Of a stretch of DNA of 64,000 nucleotides, positions 26,049 to 36,667 are shown in pieces. The notes below the pieces were generated by a model, which was not told the origin of the DNA, ran no database searches, and saw nothing but the letters and a program-made list of their open reading frames with translations. The translations under genes were made by a program, and so were the position numbers. Positions within the stretch are counted from its first letter, which is position 1; every line of letters starts with the position of its first letter. This DNA comes from Candidatus Latescibacterota bacterium. Lineage in GTDB: Bacteria; Latescibacterota; UBA2968; UBA8231. Location of the stretch: assembly GCA_965243025.1 (NCBI GenBank), contig CBDETY010000003.1, positions 2,016,001 to 2,080,000 on the forward strand, written 5' to 3'.

Positions 26049-29000
26049 ATGGCCACGACGACAGCCCGTCTGACCGCGGCGGTCGAGCACTACCTCACCG
26101 ACCTGCAGCGGATCCGCGCCTCCGGCAGCGCCACCGGTGAGCGCTCCAGCTACGGCCCGCTGGCCAACCTGCTGAATGCCCCATCGGCCGCGCCCTGAAG
26201 CCCAAGGTTTTCTGCGTCGGCGAGCTCGCCGACCAAGGGGCCGGCCATCCCGATTTCGGGCTCTATGCGACGAGGCAAGTGCAGAGGGGGGAACCGCGGG
26301 CTGGGCAGGTACCGGAGCGCGGGGTGGTCGAGGTGAAGTCTGCAGACGACGACGCCTGGCTCACCGCAGAGGGCGACCAAGTCAGCCGCTACTGGGACCG
26401 CTACGGTCTCGTGCTGGTGACCAACATCCGCGACTTCGTGCTCGTGGGCGAGGACGCCGAGGGCCGCCCCGCGAAGCTCGAAACCTTCCGTCTGGCAGAA
26501 AGCACCGAGGAGTTCCTCCTCCGATTGGAGAAGCCTTCAGCCTTTGCTCGCGAAGTCGGCGCGGGCCTGGGGGAATATCTGTGCCGGGCGCTGTCGCAGC
26601 GCGCAGCGCTCTCCGAGCCGAGAGACCTGGCATGGCTGCTCGCATCGTACGCCCGCGACGGGCTGGCGCGGGTCGAGGTCGCCGGTGACTCCCCGCTGCT
26701 GAAGACGGTGCGCTCCGCCTTGGAAGAGGCTCTGGGTGTCCGCTTCGAAAGCCCGCGGCGAGGCCTTCTTCCGCTCGACCCTGGTGCAGACTCTGTTCTA
26801 CGGCCTCTTCTCCGCCTGGGTATTGTGGGCGCGGCAGGCCAGGCAGGCCGACCGCTTCGACTGGCGCACCTCGGTCTGGCACCTGCGCGCCCCGGTACTG
26901 CGGGTTCTCTTCCACCAGCTCTCGGGCCCCGCCCGCTTGCGGCGGCTCGATCTGGTGGAGGTAATGGACTGGACCGCAGCAGCTCTCGACCGCGTGGACC
27001 GGACCGCCTTTTTCTCCCGCTTCAACGAAGGCGAAGCCGTGCCCTATTTCTACGAACCCTTCCTCGAAGCCTTTGATCCGGATCTGCGCAAGCAGCTCGG
27101 GGTCTGGTACACCCCGACCGAGGTGGTTCGCTACATGGTCGCTCGCGTCGACAAGGCGTTGCGCGACGATCTCGGAATAGACGACGGGCTGGCCGCAGAC
27201 AACGTCTACGTCCTCGACCCGTGCTGCGGCACGGGCGCCTACCTCGCCGAAGTGTTGCGCCGCATCGCCGCCAACCTCGAAGGCCGCGGCCTCGGGGCGC
27301 TCGCCGGGGCCCGGGTGAAGCAAGCGGCCCTGGAGCGGGTCTTCGGCTTCGAGATCATGCCCGCCCCCTTCGTCGTCGCCCACCTGCAGGTCGGCCTCAC
27401 CATGCAGGACCTCGACGCCCCGCTTGCGGAGGAGGGAGAGGAACGGGCCGGTGTCTTTCTGACCAATGCCTTGACCGGATGGGAGCCGAAGACGGACAAG
27501 CCTCTGCCCTTCCCGGAGTTGGAGGAGGAACGGGACCGCGCCGAGCGCGTGAAGCGGGACACGCCGATTCTCGTGATCCTCGGAAATCCGCCCTACAACG
27601 GATTTGCGGGCGTGGCGGTCGAGGAGGAACGGCAGCTGTCCGAAGCCTACCGCACTACGAGGCGCGTGCGCCGACCCGAGGGCCAGGGGCTGAACGACCT
27701 CTACGTGAGATTCTTCCGCATGGCGGAACGGCGCATCGCCGAGAGGACGGGCCAGGGCGTGGTCTGCTTCATCTCAAACTACTCATGGCTCGACGGGCTG
27801 TCTTTCACCGGAATGCGGGAGCGCTACCTCGAAGCCTTCGACGCGATCCGCATCGACTGCCTGAACGGCGACAAGTACAAGACCGGCAAGGTGGCGCCGG
27901 ACGGCTCACCCGACCCGAGCATCTTTTCCACCGAAGGCGATCCAGTAGGTATCCAACTGGGAACAGCGATTTCGACGCTGGTACGCAAAGCGGACCATGC
28001 CCCGGCCACCGAGATCGGCTTCCGCCATCTATGGGGTCAGGCCAAACCCGCGGAACTGACGGCGACAGCGGAGACGGAACCGGACATGCTCTATGACCCC
28101 ATCGAGCCGGTCTTGCCGCTCGGCTTGCCGTTCGCACAAACTCAAGTGAGTAAGGATTGGTTCGAGTGCCCGGCGCTGCCCGATCTGCTCCCGGTTTCGT
28201 TTCCGGGCGTGAAAACCAGCCGCGACGGGTTTCTTGTCGATACCGATCTCGACCGCCTCAAGGCGCGGGTTGGCGAATACTTCGACGAAACCCTAAACCA
28301 CGACGAGATCGCTCGGCGCTATCCAGGCGTGATGAAAACCACGGCCCGCTACGACGCCCGCGCGGTGCGCGATGCACTGCTCGCACGCGGCGGGCAAATC
28401 GATGCCGGGTTCGTTCGCTTCGCCTACCGGCCGTTTGATAATCGCTGGGTTTACTGGAGGGCGAGACAAAACTTCTTGACGAAAAGCGCGCCGACTACAG
28501 GTCGCATGTATTCGAGGGGAATGTGTGGCTTGAAGCGCGCGAACGGGAAGCCAAAGAAGATTTCTCGCGAGGCACTTTGGTGGGTCATCTTGCCGAAAAT
28601 TTTGGCAACGGGCTTTCGAGTTTCTTTCCGGCGTGGTTGAGGGACGACGGCCTCGGAGTCGGCGCCAACGAAATACAACGCCGGCCCAATTTGTCCGGTG
28701 CCGCCCAACGCTATCTCCACCGAATCGGGGCAAGTGTAGAAGATCTCTTCCACCATGTCCTCGTCACACTTCACGATCCCTCCTACCGCGAGGCCAACAC
28801 CGGGGCGTTGCGCATGGAATGGCCGCGTATTCCCCTGCCAGGCTGGCCGGATGGCGGAGCTGACGGCGCAGCAGAGATGCCCGCTGCATCAGCGGCGCGG
28901 GGCCGCGAACTTGCCCGCCTTCTCGACCCCGACACCCCGGTGTCGGGCGTGACCCAAGGTGAATTGCGTCCAGAGATCGCCGCCATCGCCGTCCCTGCCA

Positions 29001-29383
29001 CCACCGACGGCCGCAACATGACCGTCGACGATTTCGCGCTTACCGCTGGGTGGGGTCATTTCGGAACTGGCGACGCCATCATGCCGGGCCAGGGCCGCAT
29101 CGTCGAGCGGGAGTACACCCCGGGGGAACGTGTCGCCCTTGGCGATGCCATACGCACGCTCGGCGCCAAGACGCTGGACGTGTACCTGAACGAACGTGCC
29201 TACTGGAGCAACGTCCCCGCGGCCATCTGGGACTACAAGCTCGGCGGCTACCAAGTCCTCAAGAAATGGCTATCCTACCGCGAGCCCGATGTCCTCGGGC
29301 GAGCCCTGTCGCCGGAGGAAGTGCTGTACTTTGCGGAGACCGCGAGGAGGGTTGCGAGGCTCTTGTCATTTGACCACTCCTGA
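26049..29383 (+). pseudogene. Type IIG/ISP-like fused restriction endonuclease-N6-adenine methyltransferase-TRD, split by three frameshifts
   Basis: ATG at 26049; PDFG...EVK nuclease-like motif, VLDPCCGTG (motif I), GNPPY (motif IV), C-terminal WDYKLGGYQVLKKWLSYR; frame changes near 26180, 26750 and 28458. Confidence 0.85.
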
Positions 29384-29435
29384 CCTCGACATCTCTTCTC
29401 CCAAAGCCCGAACCAGTCTCACTTGCTTATATACG

Positions 29436-30350
29436 ATGCCCTTCCCAGAACAGCTCAAGGTCAAGATTCGGAAACGCGCGAACTTCTGTTGCTGGTGCCG
29501 CCATCCCTCCGAGTCCTACGCGGTGGAGATCCATCACATTATTCCGCAGGCACAAGGAGGAAGGGATACTGAGGATAATGCTGCACCGCTTTGTCCCAAC
29601 TGCCACGGATTACTTGGATCCAATCCGCAGATGCGTAAGCAGATTCGAGAACGTCGGGATCAATGGTATCAGCAATGTGAAGCACAGTTCGCAAGGAATA
29701 GCCAGCAGAAGGGAATTTCGGATACTCTTCAGGATCCTCCATCTAAGGAAGACGTTGAACGTATTGCCGTCCGAAATGCGAGCTATGCCTTGGGTGGCTC
29801 GGAAAGCAGCATTCAATCTTCTCCTGAGCACAGCAGCCGTTACTCCTTTGTTCGTGAGGAATTCGTCCATCCCTTGATTGTTCGTGAGTTGCTGGGGTGG
29901 CTTTCCGACGGAACAGAGACGGTAATCAGCGTAGACATTGCGTCGAGCAATAGAAGCAATCGATTCTATGGCGACTTTGGGGTCAGTGACCATGACGGGC
30001 GATCATGGGTGAAATGGGCAAGTTCCGGAAGAGAGTTCTTCCTCTACGCACACATTGCCACTGCCCCATCGGGCGTCGAGATTGTGGAATGTTACGACTG
30101 TGGTGGAGGCAGTGGCGTGTTTGGTTCAGTAGGACTGTTCTGCCTGGAACATGACCGAGCTCTGGGAGTAGACCGCGACGGGTAGGTGTCCACGCACGAG
30201 CGGGTGATACTCAAGACTCTCGGATCGATCGGTCTGGGCGACAGATACGAAGGCAAGATAGAGTACGAAGATGGATACTTGGTCATCGGTCCTGACAATG
30301 GCTGGTTCAGGAGGGGCCAGGATGCTGCCCGGCAAGTTCCGGTTCGGTAG
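29436..30350 (+). pseudogene. HNH endonuclease fused to an unknown C-terminal domain, with in-frame TAG at 30183-30185
   Basis: CCWC...EIHHIIPQAQGGRDTEDNAAPLCPNCH; the same frame continues after TAG with protein-like sequence to a TAG at 30348-30350. Confidence 0.7.
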
Positions 30351-30669
30351 TCGACACGGTCCCGATGCATTGGCTGACATCCCGAACTCTGGCGGCGGGA
30401 TGTCAGTAACTCCTGTGGGCTTATGGGAAGGACAGAGAGGCGTCGACACCAAGGGGATCTGGAGAACCAAGTGGACCACTTTTTGGTTGACATAGATACG
30501 TAGATCCGAGAATCAGAGGTTGACTTGAACGGACGCGGACAGGATAGCCGACTACACTTTGGGGATTGTTCTGCGGGCAACCTGACCCCTGGGCAACCGT
30601 AAGATTAATCAAGCCTGCCGAACAAACAACTTGCTGATTTTCCGCTTTTTTCGGCCGACTCCTTATCCC

Positions 30670-33084
30670 TTGATCCCTCTACCCTACCTTCGCCTCCTGG
30701 TCCTCATTCTCCTGATCGGCCTCGCCTGCGGCGCCGGCGCACAGGAAGGCCTCAAGCACACCCTCAGCGGCTACGTCGAGGACGCGGCCAGCGGCGAGAA
30801 GCTGATCGGGGCCGTCCTGCACGAGCCCGACCTGCAGCAGGGCACGACGACCAACCGCTACGGCTTCTTCAGCCTCACCCTGAAGGCCGGTTCCCTCCGG
30901 GTGGTGGTCTCCCACATCGGCTACCGCAGCGACACCCTCGCCACCGACCTCGACGGCGACCTGCAGCTCAACATCGCCCTCGAGCCGACGCCCCTCGAGA
31001 TGGAGGCGGTCGAGGCCGAGGCGGAGCGGCTCGACCCGATTCAGGAGCAGACGCGGATGAGCGTCGTGCAGGTGCCGGTCCGGCAGATCGAGAGCGCCCC
31101 CGTGCTCATGGGCGAGGTCGACGTCCTCAAGACCCTGCAGCTGCTGCCCGGGGTGCAGTCCGGGAGCGAGGGGATGAGCGGCCTGTACGTGCGCGGCGGC
31201 AGCCCGGACCAGAACCTCATCCTGCTCGACGACGCCCCGGTCTACAACGCCTCCCACCTGTTCGGCTTCTTCTCGGTCTTCAACGCCAAGGCCATCAAGA
31301 ACGTGCAGCTGACCAAGGCCGGCTTCCCGGCCCGCTACGGCGGCCGCCTCTCGTCCGTGCTCGAGATCGACATGAAGGACGGCAACATGAAGGAGTTCGA
31401 GGCCGAGGGCTCGGTCGGGCTGATCGCCTCGCAGCTCACCGTGCAGGGGCCGCTGAGCAGGGACCGGACCTCCTTCATCCTCTCGGGGCGGCGCACCTAC
31501 ATCGACATGCTGGTCCGCCCCTTCATGCCCGGCGACGAGAAGGGGGGCTACCACTTCTACGACCTCAACGCCAAGCTCAACCACATCTTCTCCCCGGACA
31601 GCCGCGTGTACCTGAGCCTGTACAGCGGCGACGACCGCTTCTGGACCGATATCGAGGAAAAGTACGGGGCCGGAAGCTACCGCGAGGAGGACAGCACCGA
31701 GGCGGACTTCGGGTGGGGGAACGTCACCTCCACCCTGCGCTGGAACTACCTGTTCAGCAACCGCCTCTTCGCCAACCTCACGGCGATCTACAGCCGTTAC
31801 CGGTTCTCCACCAACGTCGACCAGCGCTCCCTCCAGGTCATCGGGGGGGAACGGGAGAACGAGACCCTGCGGCTGCGCTACCTGTCCGGCATCCGCGACT
31901 GGGGGCTGAAGCTCGACCTCGACTACATCCCCGACCCCGCCCACTACATCCGCTTCGGGGGCAGCGGCACCCTGCACACCTACAGCCCCGGGGCGGCGCA
32001 GATCAGGTTCGATCCCTTCGGGGGCGCCCCCGAGGACACCACCCTGGCGGCCCGGGAAACCGACGCCCTGGAGTACAGCCTCTACGCCGAGGACGACCTG
32101 CGCCTGAGCAGCCGCCTGAAGGCCAACCTCGGGCTGCACACCTCCGGCTTCCTCGTCGACGAGGAGTTCTACGCCTCCCTGCAGCCCCGGGTTTCGATGC
32201 GCTACCTGCTGACTTCGGACTGGGCGGTGAAGACCTCCTACGCGCAGATGCGCCAGTACATCCACCTGCTCTCCAACAGCACCGTCGGCCTGCCGACGGA
32301 CCTGTGGCTGCCGGCCACCGGGCGGGTTCGCCCCCAGAGGTCGCGGCAGGCGGGCATCGGCCTGGCGCGGCAGCTCGAGGAGCAGTACGAACTGAGCATC
32401 GAGGGGTACTACAAGACCATGACGGAGCTGATCGAGTACCGGGAAGGGGCGACCTTTCTCGCCGGCTCCGGGGAGAGCGAGGACTGGCAGGACAAGGTGG
32501 CGACCGGGAAGGGATGGTCGTACGGGGCGGAGCTGTTCCTGCAGAAGAAGCGCGGCCGCACCACCGGCTGGGCGGGGTACACCCTTTCCTGGACCCGGAG
32601 GCGGTTCGAAGAGCTCAACGAAGGCCGAACCTTCCCCTACCGCTACGACCGCCGGCACGATCTCGCCGTCGTCCTCTCGCGGCAGCTCAGCGGGTCGACG
32701 AGCTTCTCCCTGACCTGGGTGTACGGGACCGGCAACGCCGCCACCCTGCCCGTTGCCCGGTACGACAGCGAGGCTGAAGAGCCCGGGTTCACCCGGTTGC
32801 CCTGGCCCAACTACCTGCCGCATGAAACCGTGATCTACGGGGAACGCAACGGCTACCGCATGGCGGCCTTCCACCACCTCGACTTCAGCGTCAACTTCGG
32901 CCTCGCCGACAGCGACCGGCACGGGTTCAGCCTCGGGGTGTACAACGCCTACAACCGCAAGAACCCGTTCTTCATCTACTTCGAGGACCGTTACGACTAC
33001 GACAGGGAGGTCAGACAGTTCCGCGCCAAGCAGGTTAGCCTCTTTCCCCTTCTTCCCTGGATCAACTACCGGTTCAAGTTCTGA
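30670..33084 (+). CDS. TonB-dependent receptor with N-terminal carboxypeptidase-regulatory-like domain (Bacteroidota-type); start uncertain (30631-30670)
   Basis: SGYVEDAASGEKLIGA, LPGV..YVRGGSPDQNLILLD, YGGRLSSV, YNAYNRKNPF; C-terminal Phe. Confidence 0.92.
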   Translation: MIPLPYLRLLVLILLIGLACGAGAQEGLKHTLSGYVEDAASGEKLIGAVLHEPDLQQGTTTNRYGFFSLTLKAGSLRVVVSHIGYRSDTLATDLDGDLQLNIALEPTPLEMEAVEAEAERLDPIQEQTRMSVVQVPVRQIESAPVLMGEVDVLKTLQLLPGVQSGSEGMSGLYVRGGSPDQNLILLDDAPVYNASHLFGFFSVFNAKAIKNVQLTKAGFPARYGGRLSSVLEIDMKDGNMKEFEAEGSVGLIASQLTVQGPLSRDRTSFILSGRRTYIDMLVRPFMPGDEKGGYHFYDLNAKLNHIFSPDSRVYLSLYSGDDRFWTDIEEKYGAGSYREEDSTEADFGWGNVTSTLRWNYLFSNRLFANLTAIYSRYRFSTNVDQRSLQVIGGERENETLRLRYLSGIRDWGLKLDLDYIPDPAHYIRFGGSGTLHTYSPGAAQIRFDPFGGAPEDTTLAARETDALEYSLYAEDDLRLSSRLKANLGLHTSGFLVDEEFYASLQPRVSMRYLLTSDWAVKTSYAQMRQYIHLLSNSTVGLPTDLWLPATGRVRPQRSRQAGIGLARQLEEQYELSIEGYYKTMTELIEYREGATFLAGSGESEDWQDKVATGKGWSYGAELFLQKKRGRTTGWAGYTLSWTRRRFEELNEGRTFPYRYDRRHDLAVVLSRQLSGSTSFSLTWVYGTGNAATLPVARYDSEAEEPGFTRLPWPNYLPHETVIYGERNGYRMAAFHHLDFSVNFGLADSDRHGFSLGVYNAYNRKNPFFIYFEDRYDYDREVRQFRAKQVSLFPLLPWINYRFKF

Positions 33085-33101
33085 ACTCCCGGGCCTCCGC
33101 G

Positions 33102-34040
33102 ATGAAAGCCGCCCTGCGCCTCCTTCCGCTCCTCGTCCCCCTGTGCGCCTGCGAGCAGGTGATCGAGCCCGACCTGCCGGAGCATCCTCCCCGGCTGGTT
33201 CTGCATGCCTTTTTCACCTCCGAAGGGGCCTGGACCGCCAACGTCGGCCGCTCTTCCTGGATTCTCGAGCCCCGGTCCTTCTATGACCCGCCGGTCGCCG
33301 ATGCCACCGTGGAGCTGCTGGCCGGAGAAGGGGTCGTCGGCGAGCTGGAGTTCAACGAATGGGCGCACGGGTACGTGTTCGAAGGCGGCCCGCTGCAAGC
33401 GGGAGAATCCTACTCCCTGCGGGCAACGGCCCCCGACTTCGAGACGGTCCGGGCAACCGACACCCTGCCCGGGCCCGTGCCGACCTCCGTCCGGTTGTAC
33501 CGCCCCCATGCCTCCGCCGGCTCCGAGTCCGGGGCCGGCCGCGATTTCTCGATCGAGCTGGAGATTCAGGATCCCCCCGGGGAGGCGAACTACTACCAGA
33601 TCAGCCTGTTTCGCGTTTACGCAGGAAGGGGAGAGGAGGACGAAGCCCGGGACTTCATCCCGGCATCCCGACAGGAGGAGTATTTCTCGACCAGGGACCC
33701 CTCGATCCTGGCGGACAACAGCTTTGACGGATCGCCGTTCGAAGAGGGGGACTTCGAGGGCAAGGCGCCGTATTTCAAGGACACCCTTTTCGACGGCAGC
33801 ACCCACGAGATCGAGCTGTCCACCAACTTCGACGGGGACCCGGATTTTTCGGAGATCCGTCTCCAGGTCCTGCACATCAGCGAGGCGTACTACCAGTATC
33901 TCAAGACCGCCCGGCTCCACGATGACACCCTGGACAACCCGTTCGCCGAGCCGTTGAACGTGTACGGCAACGTCGAGAACGGGTACGGCATCTTCGCGGG
34001 GTACAGCTCGCGGACCTTCGAGCTGACCCTCGATGAGTGA
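33102..34040 (+). CDS. DUF4249 family lipoprotein (TonB receptor partner)
   Basis: Lipobox LCA-C; DPPGEANYY, EAYYQY and PFAEP..VYGNVENGYGIFAG motifs. Confidence 0.85.
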   Translation: MKAALRLLPLLVPLCACEQVIEPDLPEHPPRLVLHAFFTSEGAWTANVGRSSWILEPRSFYDPPVADATVELLAGEGVVGELEFNEWAHGYVFEGGPLQAGESYSLRATAPDFETVRATDTLPGPVPTSVRLYRPHASAGSESGAGRDFSIELEIQDPPGEANYYQISLFRVYAGRGEEDEARDFIPASRQEEYFSTRDPSILADNSFDGSPFEEGDFEGKAPYFKDTLFDGSTHEIELSTNFDGDPDFSEIRLQVLHISEAYYQYLKTARLHDDTLDNPFAEPLNVYGNVENGYGIFAGYSSRTFELTLDE

Positions 34041-34082
34041 AGGCGGCGGCCGGCCGCAGGTAATTCAAAACGAAAGAGAAAG

Positions 34083-35075
34083 ATGAAAGTTGCACTGGTG
34101 AGGAAGGCGAACCAGGAAACCCCGGGCTGGGTCCGGCCCGAGCTCGAGGCGGCCGGTTTCGAACTCGTCGAGCGCGTCTGCTCCGAGTCGCGGGAGGTGG
34201 TCGAGATCGCCGCCGACGCCGACATCCTCTGGGACCTGGGGGGCGTCAAGGCTATCACCGCGGAGATCCTGCCGGAACTGCGGCGCTGCGGCGCCATCAT
34301 CCGCGGCGGCAGCGGCACCGACAACATCCCGGTCGCCGAGGCGACGGGGATGGGCATCATCGTCGCCAACACCCCGGACGCCACCGCGGTCCCGGTTGCC
34401 GAGCACACCGTCGCCCTGATCCTGTCGATGACGCGCAGAATCCCGGTGCACGAGCGCGCCGTTCTGGACGGCACATGGGAACCGGAGAACCCCTGTCCCG
34501 AGCTGCTGCAGGGCAAGACCGTCGGGCTCGTCGGGTTCGGCCGCATCGCCCGGGCGGTGGCGGTGCGCCTGCGGGCGTTCGGAACCCGGCTGCTGGCCTG
34601 CGACCCGCTGGTCGACCCGGCCCTGATGGGAGAGCACGAGGTCGAAGGGATGAGCCTGGAGGAGATGCTGACGGCGTCGGACATCGTGTCGGTGCACACC
34701 CCCCTGCTGCCGGACACCCGGCACCTGATCGGCAGGCGGGAACTCGGGCTGATGAAACCGACCGCCATCCTGATCAACACATCGCGGGGCGGGGTGGTCG
34801 ACTCCGCGGCCCTCGCCGAGGCGCTCGAAAACGGCGGCATCGCCGCCGCGGGCCTGGATGTCCTCGAGCAGGAGCCGCCGGGGGACGACCCGCTGATCGG
34901 CCTGCCGAACACCCTCGTCACCCCGCACAGCGCCGGGTACCACCCGACCATGATGGAGCGGTTCTGCCGGCTGGCCGTCGACACCATCATCGACATGTCG
35001 CAGAAGCGCTGGCCGGTCTCGTACGTCAACCCCGGGGTCGAGCCGCGCTGGGAGATGGAGCCGCGACCGGGATGA
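34083..35075 (+). CDS. D-isomer-specific 2-hydroxyacid dehydrogenase family protein
   Basis: GLVGFGRIA, INTSRGGVVD, GLDVLEQEP and TPHSA motifs. Confidence 0.92.
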   Translation: MKVALVRKANQETPGWVRPELEAAGFELVERVCSESREVVEIAADADILWDLGGVKAITAEILPELRRCGAIIRGGSGTDNIPVAEATGMGIIVANTPDATAVPVAEHTVALILSMTRRIPVHERAVLDGTWEPENPCPELLQGKTVGLVGFGRIARAVAVRLRAFGTRLLACDPLVDPALMGEHEVEGMSLEEMLTASDIVSVHTPLLPDTRHLIGRRELGLMKPTAILINTSRGGVVDSAALAEALENGGIAAAGLDVLEQEPPGDDPLIGLPNTLVTPHSAGYHPTMMERFCRLAVDTIIDMSQKRWPVSYVNPGVEPRWEMEPRPG

Positions 35076-36547
35076 GCCTCGAGCTGTTCCCGGGAAAGCA
35101 CCTGTTCCTCGACGATTTCCGCATCGAGGAGCTCACTGCGGCCAGGAGGGTGCTCAACCCGCCGGTCAAGCACCCGGCCAACCCCGTCCTGCGGCCGCGG
35201 GAACCGTGGGAGGAGATCGGCCTCCACCTCGGGCGCTTCCTCCACGACAGCGGCCGCGGCCTGTTCCGCGTCTGGTACAGCTCGCAGGCGGCCACCGTCA
35301 TCGGCACCCGGGTGCTGGTGAAGGACAACCCGCCGAGCAAGGTCCGCGAGTCCCACATCTGCTACGCGGAATCCGCCGACGCCGTCCACTGGGAACGCCC
35401 CGCCGCCGGCGTCACCGGGGAGGACCGCTACCCGGGCAACAACATCGTCGTCCCCTCGCTGCGCCCTCCCGGGCGCGCCTTTCTCAGCGCCCTGATCGAC
35501 GATCCGTTCGAGAGCGACCCGGAGCGCCGCTTCAAGATGATGTACCTCGACCAGGCCGCCGAAGGCGAGGTCGGAGGCGGCCTCGGTCCCGACGCGCGCC
35601 TGCGCCTGCACGCGCACTCCCCGGACGGCATCAACTGGACGCGGTACCCGTGGCTGCCCGACCACGTCGCCCGGCTGTTCGGCGTTCTCGCCTACCTCGA
35701 CGAGGCCCCCTCCAGCCGGCTCGACCCGGACGCCCGCTACATCCTCTACGGCCAGCGGGGATCCCCCTGGAAGACGCGGCAGATCGGCCGCCGCGACAGC
35801 GGCGACTTCCTCGAATGGAGCGGCAACCGGCCGGTGCTGGAAAGCCGGCTCGCCGACGACCCCCCCGGCCTCGAGTTCTACCACATGGAAGGAGCGGGGG
35901 TAAACCAGACCTACGCCGGACTCCACCTCGGCATGCTCGGGGCCTACCACACCGACCTGCGGCGCAAGTACGACCCGGCGCGCAACGACGGGCTCACCGA
36001 GTGCCAGCTCGCCTGGAGCCGCGACTCGGTGCGCTGGGAGCGCTGGGACGCCCCCTTCATCGCGCGGGGAGAGCCGGGGGCCTTCGACTGGGGCGGCGTG
36101 TACTGCGGCTACCCCGCAATCGCCGGCGACACCCTCTGCTTCATGTACACTGGCGAGAGCGGCCGCCACGGCCGGGAGAGCCGGCCCACCCTCGGCCTGG
36201 CCACCCTGAGACTGGACGGCTTCGTTTCGGTCGAGACCAGCGGCTTCATGCAAGGCACCCTCGTCACCCGCCCCCATCACTGGGACGCCGGAGAGGTCGC
36301 CGTAAACCTCCAGTCGGAGCGGGGCGGGGTCGCCGTGCAGCTCCAGGACGAGACGGGGCGGGCTTTCGAGGGGTTCGGCGAGGGGGACTGCGACGCGGTC
36401 CGGGAGGACGCCGTCGACCGGGTGGTCACCTGGGGCGGCGGTGCGGACGTACGCTCCCTCGAGGGAAAGATGGTGGCCCTGAAGTTCACGATCAGCCCGG
36501 GGGACAGGCTGTTCTCGTATACCCTGAGACCGTCCCGGGCGGCCTGA
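35072..36547 (+). CDS. Uncharacterised beta-propeller glycosidase-like protein
   Basis: ATGA overlap with the dehydrogenase; HLFLDD, KHPANPVL, SPDGINW, WSRDSVRW and LRLDGFVS motifs; paralog of 2461..4062. Confidence 0.7.
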   Translation: MSLELFPGKHLFLDDFRIEELTAARRVLNPPVKHPANPVLRPREPWEEIGLHLGRFLHDSGRGLFRVWYSSQAATVIGTRVLVKDNPPSKVRESHICYAESADAVHWERPAAGVTGEDRYPGNNIVVPSLRPPGRAFLSALIDDPFESDPERRFKMMYLDQAAEGEVGGGLGPDARLRLHAHSPDGINWTRYPWLPDHVARLFGVLAYLDEAPSSRLDPDARYILYGQRGSPWKTRQIGRRDSGDFLEWSGNRPVLESRLADDPPGLEFYHMEGAGVNQTYAGLHLGMLGAYHTDLRRKYDPARNDGLTECQLAWSRDSVRWERWDAPFIARGEPGAFDWGGVYCGYPAIAGDTLCFMYTGESGRHGRESRPTLGLATLRLDGFVSVETSGFMQGTLVTRPHHWDAGEVAVNLQSERGGVAVQLQDETGRAFEGFGEGDCDAVREDAVDRVVTWGGGADVRSLEGKMVALKFTISPGDRLFSYTLRPSRAA

Positions 36548-36667
36548 CGAAGCGGCCGCTCGGCCGGCGCCGTCGGCCGGGACCCCGCGCCCGGCGGAAA
36601 CCGTCCGGGGCACCCCGACGGAGCGGACCCCCGCGGCCCCCCGGGCCGGAAGAGGCCGCGTCCCGAA

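Larger units (their letters stand above)
23870..30640. mobile_element. Putative horizontally acquired defence islet, decaying; no integrase in window
   Basis: Cluster of AlbA_2-ATPase, PIN remnant, RM and HNH genes; visibly lower GC in parts; IHF-consensus sites at both edges. Confidence 0.45.

Noticed and set aside
30183-30185. TAG as a pyrrolysine or recoded codon
   Set aside because: Many intact genes in the window end in TAG and no pyl genes are present; nonsense mutation or error is more parsimonious
33890-36613. 907-aa minus-strand ORF
   Set aside because: Antisense shadow of two well-supported plus-strand genes; no motifs; expected in high-GC DNA
36548-36667. GC-rich nested inverted repeats between convergent genes
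   Set aside because: Plausible terminator or REP-like structure, but no U-tract or second copy was found and such pairing is expected at this GC content
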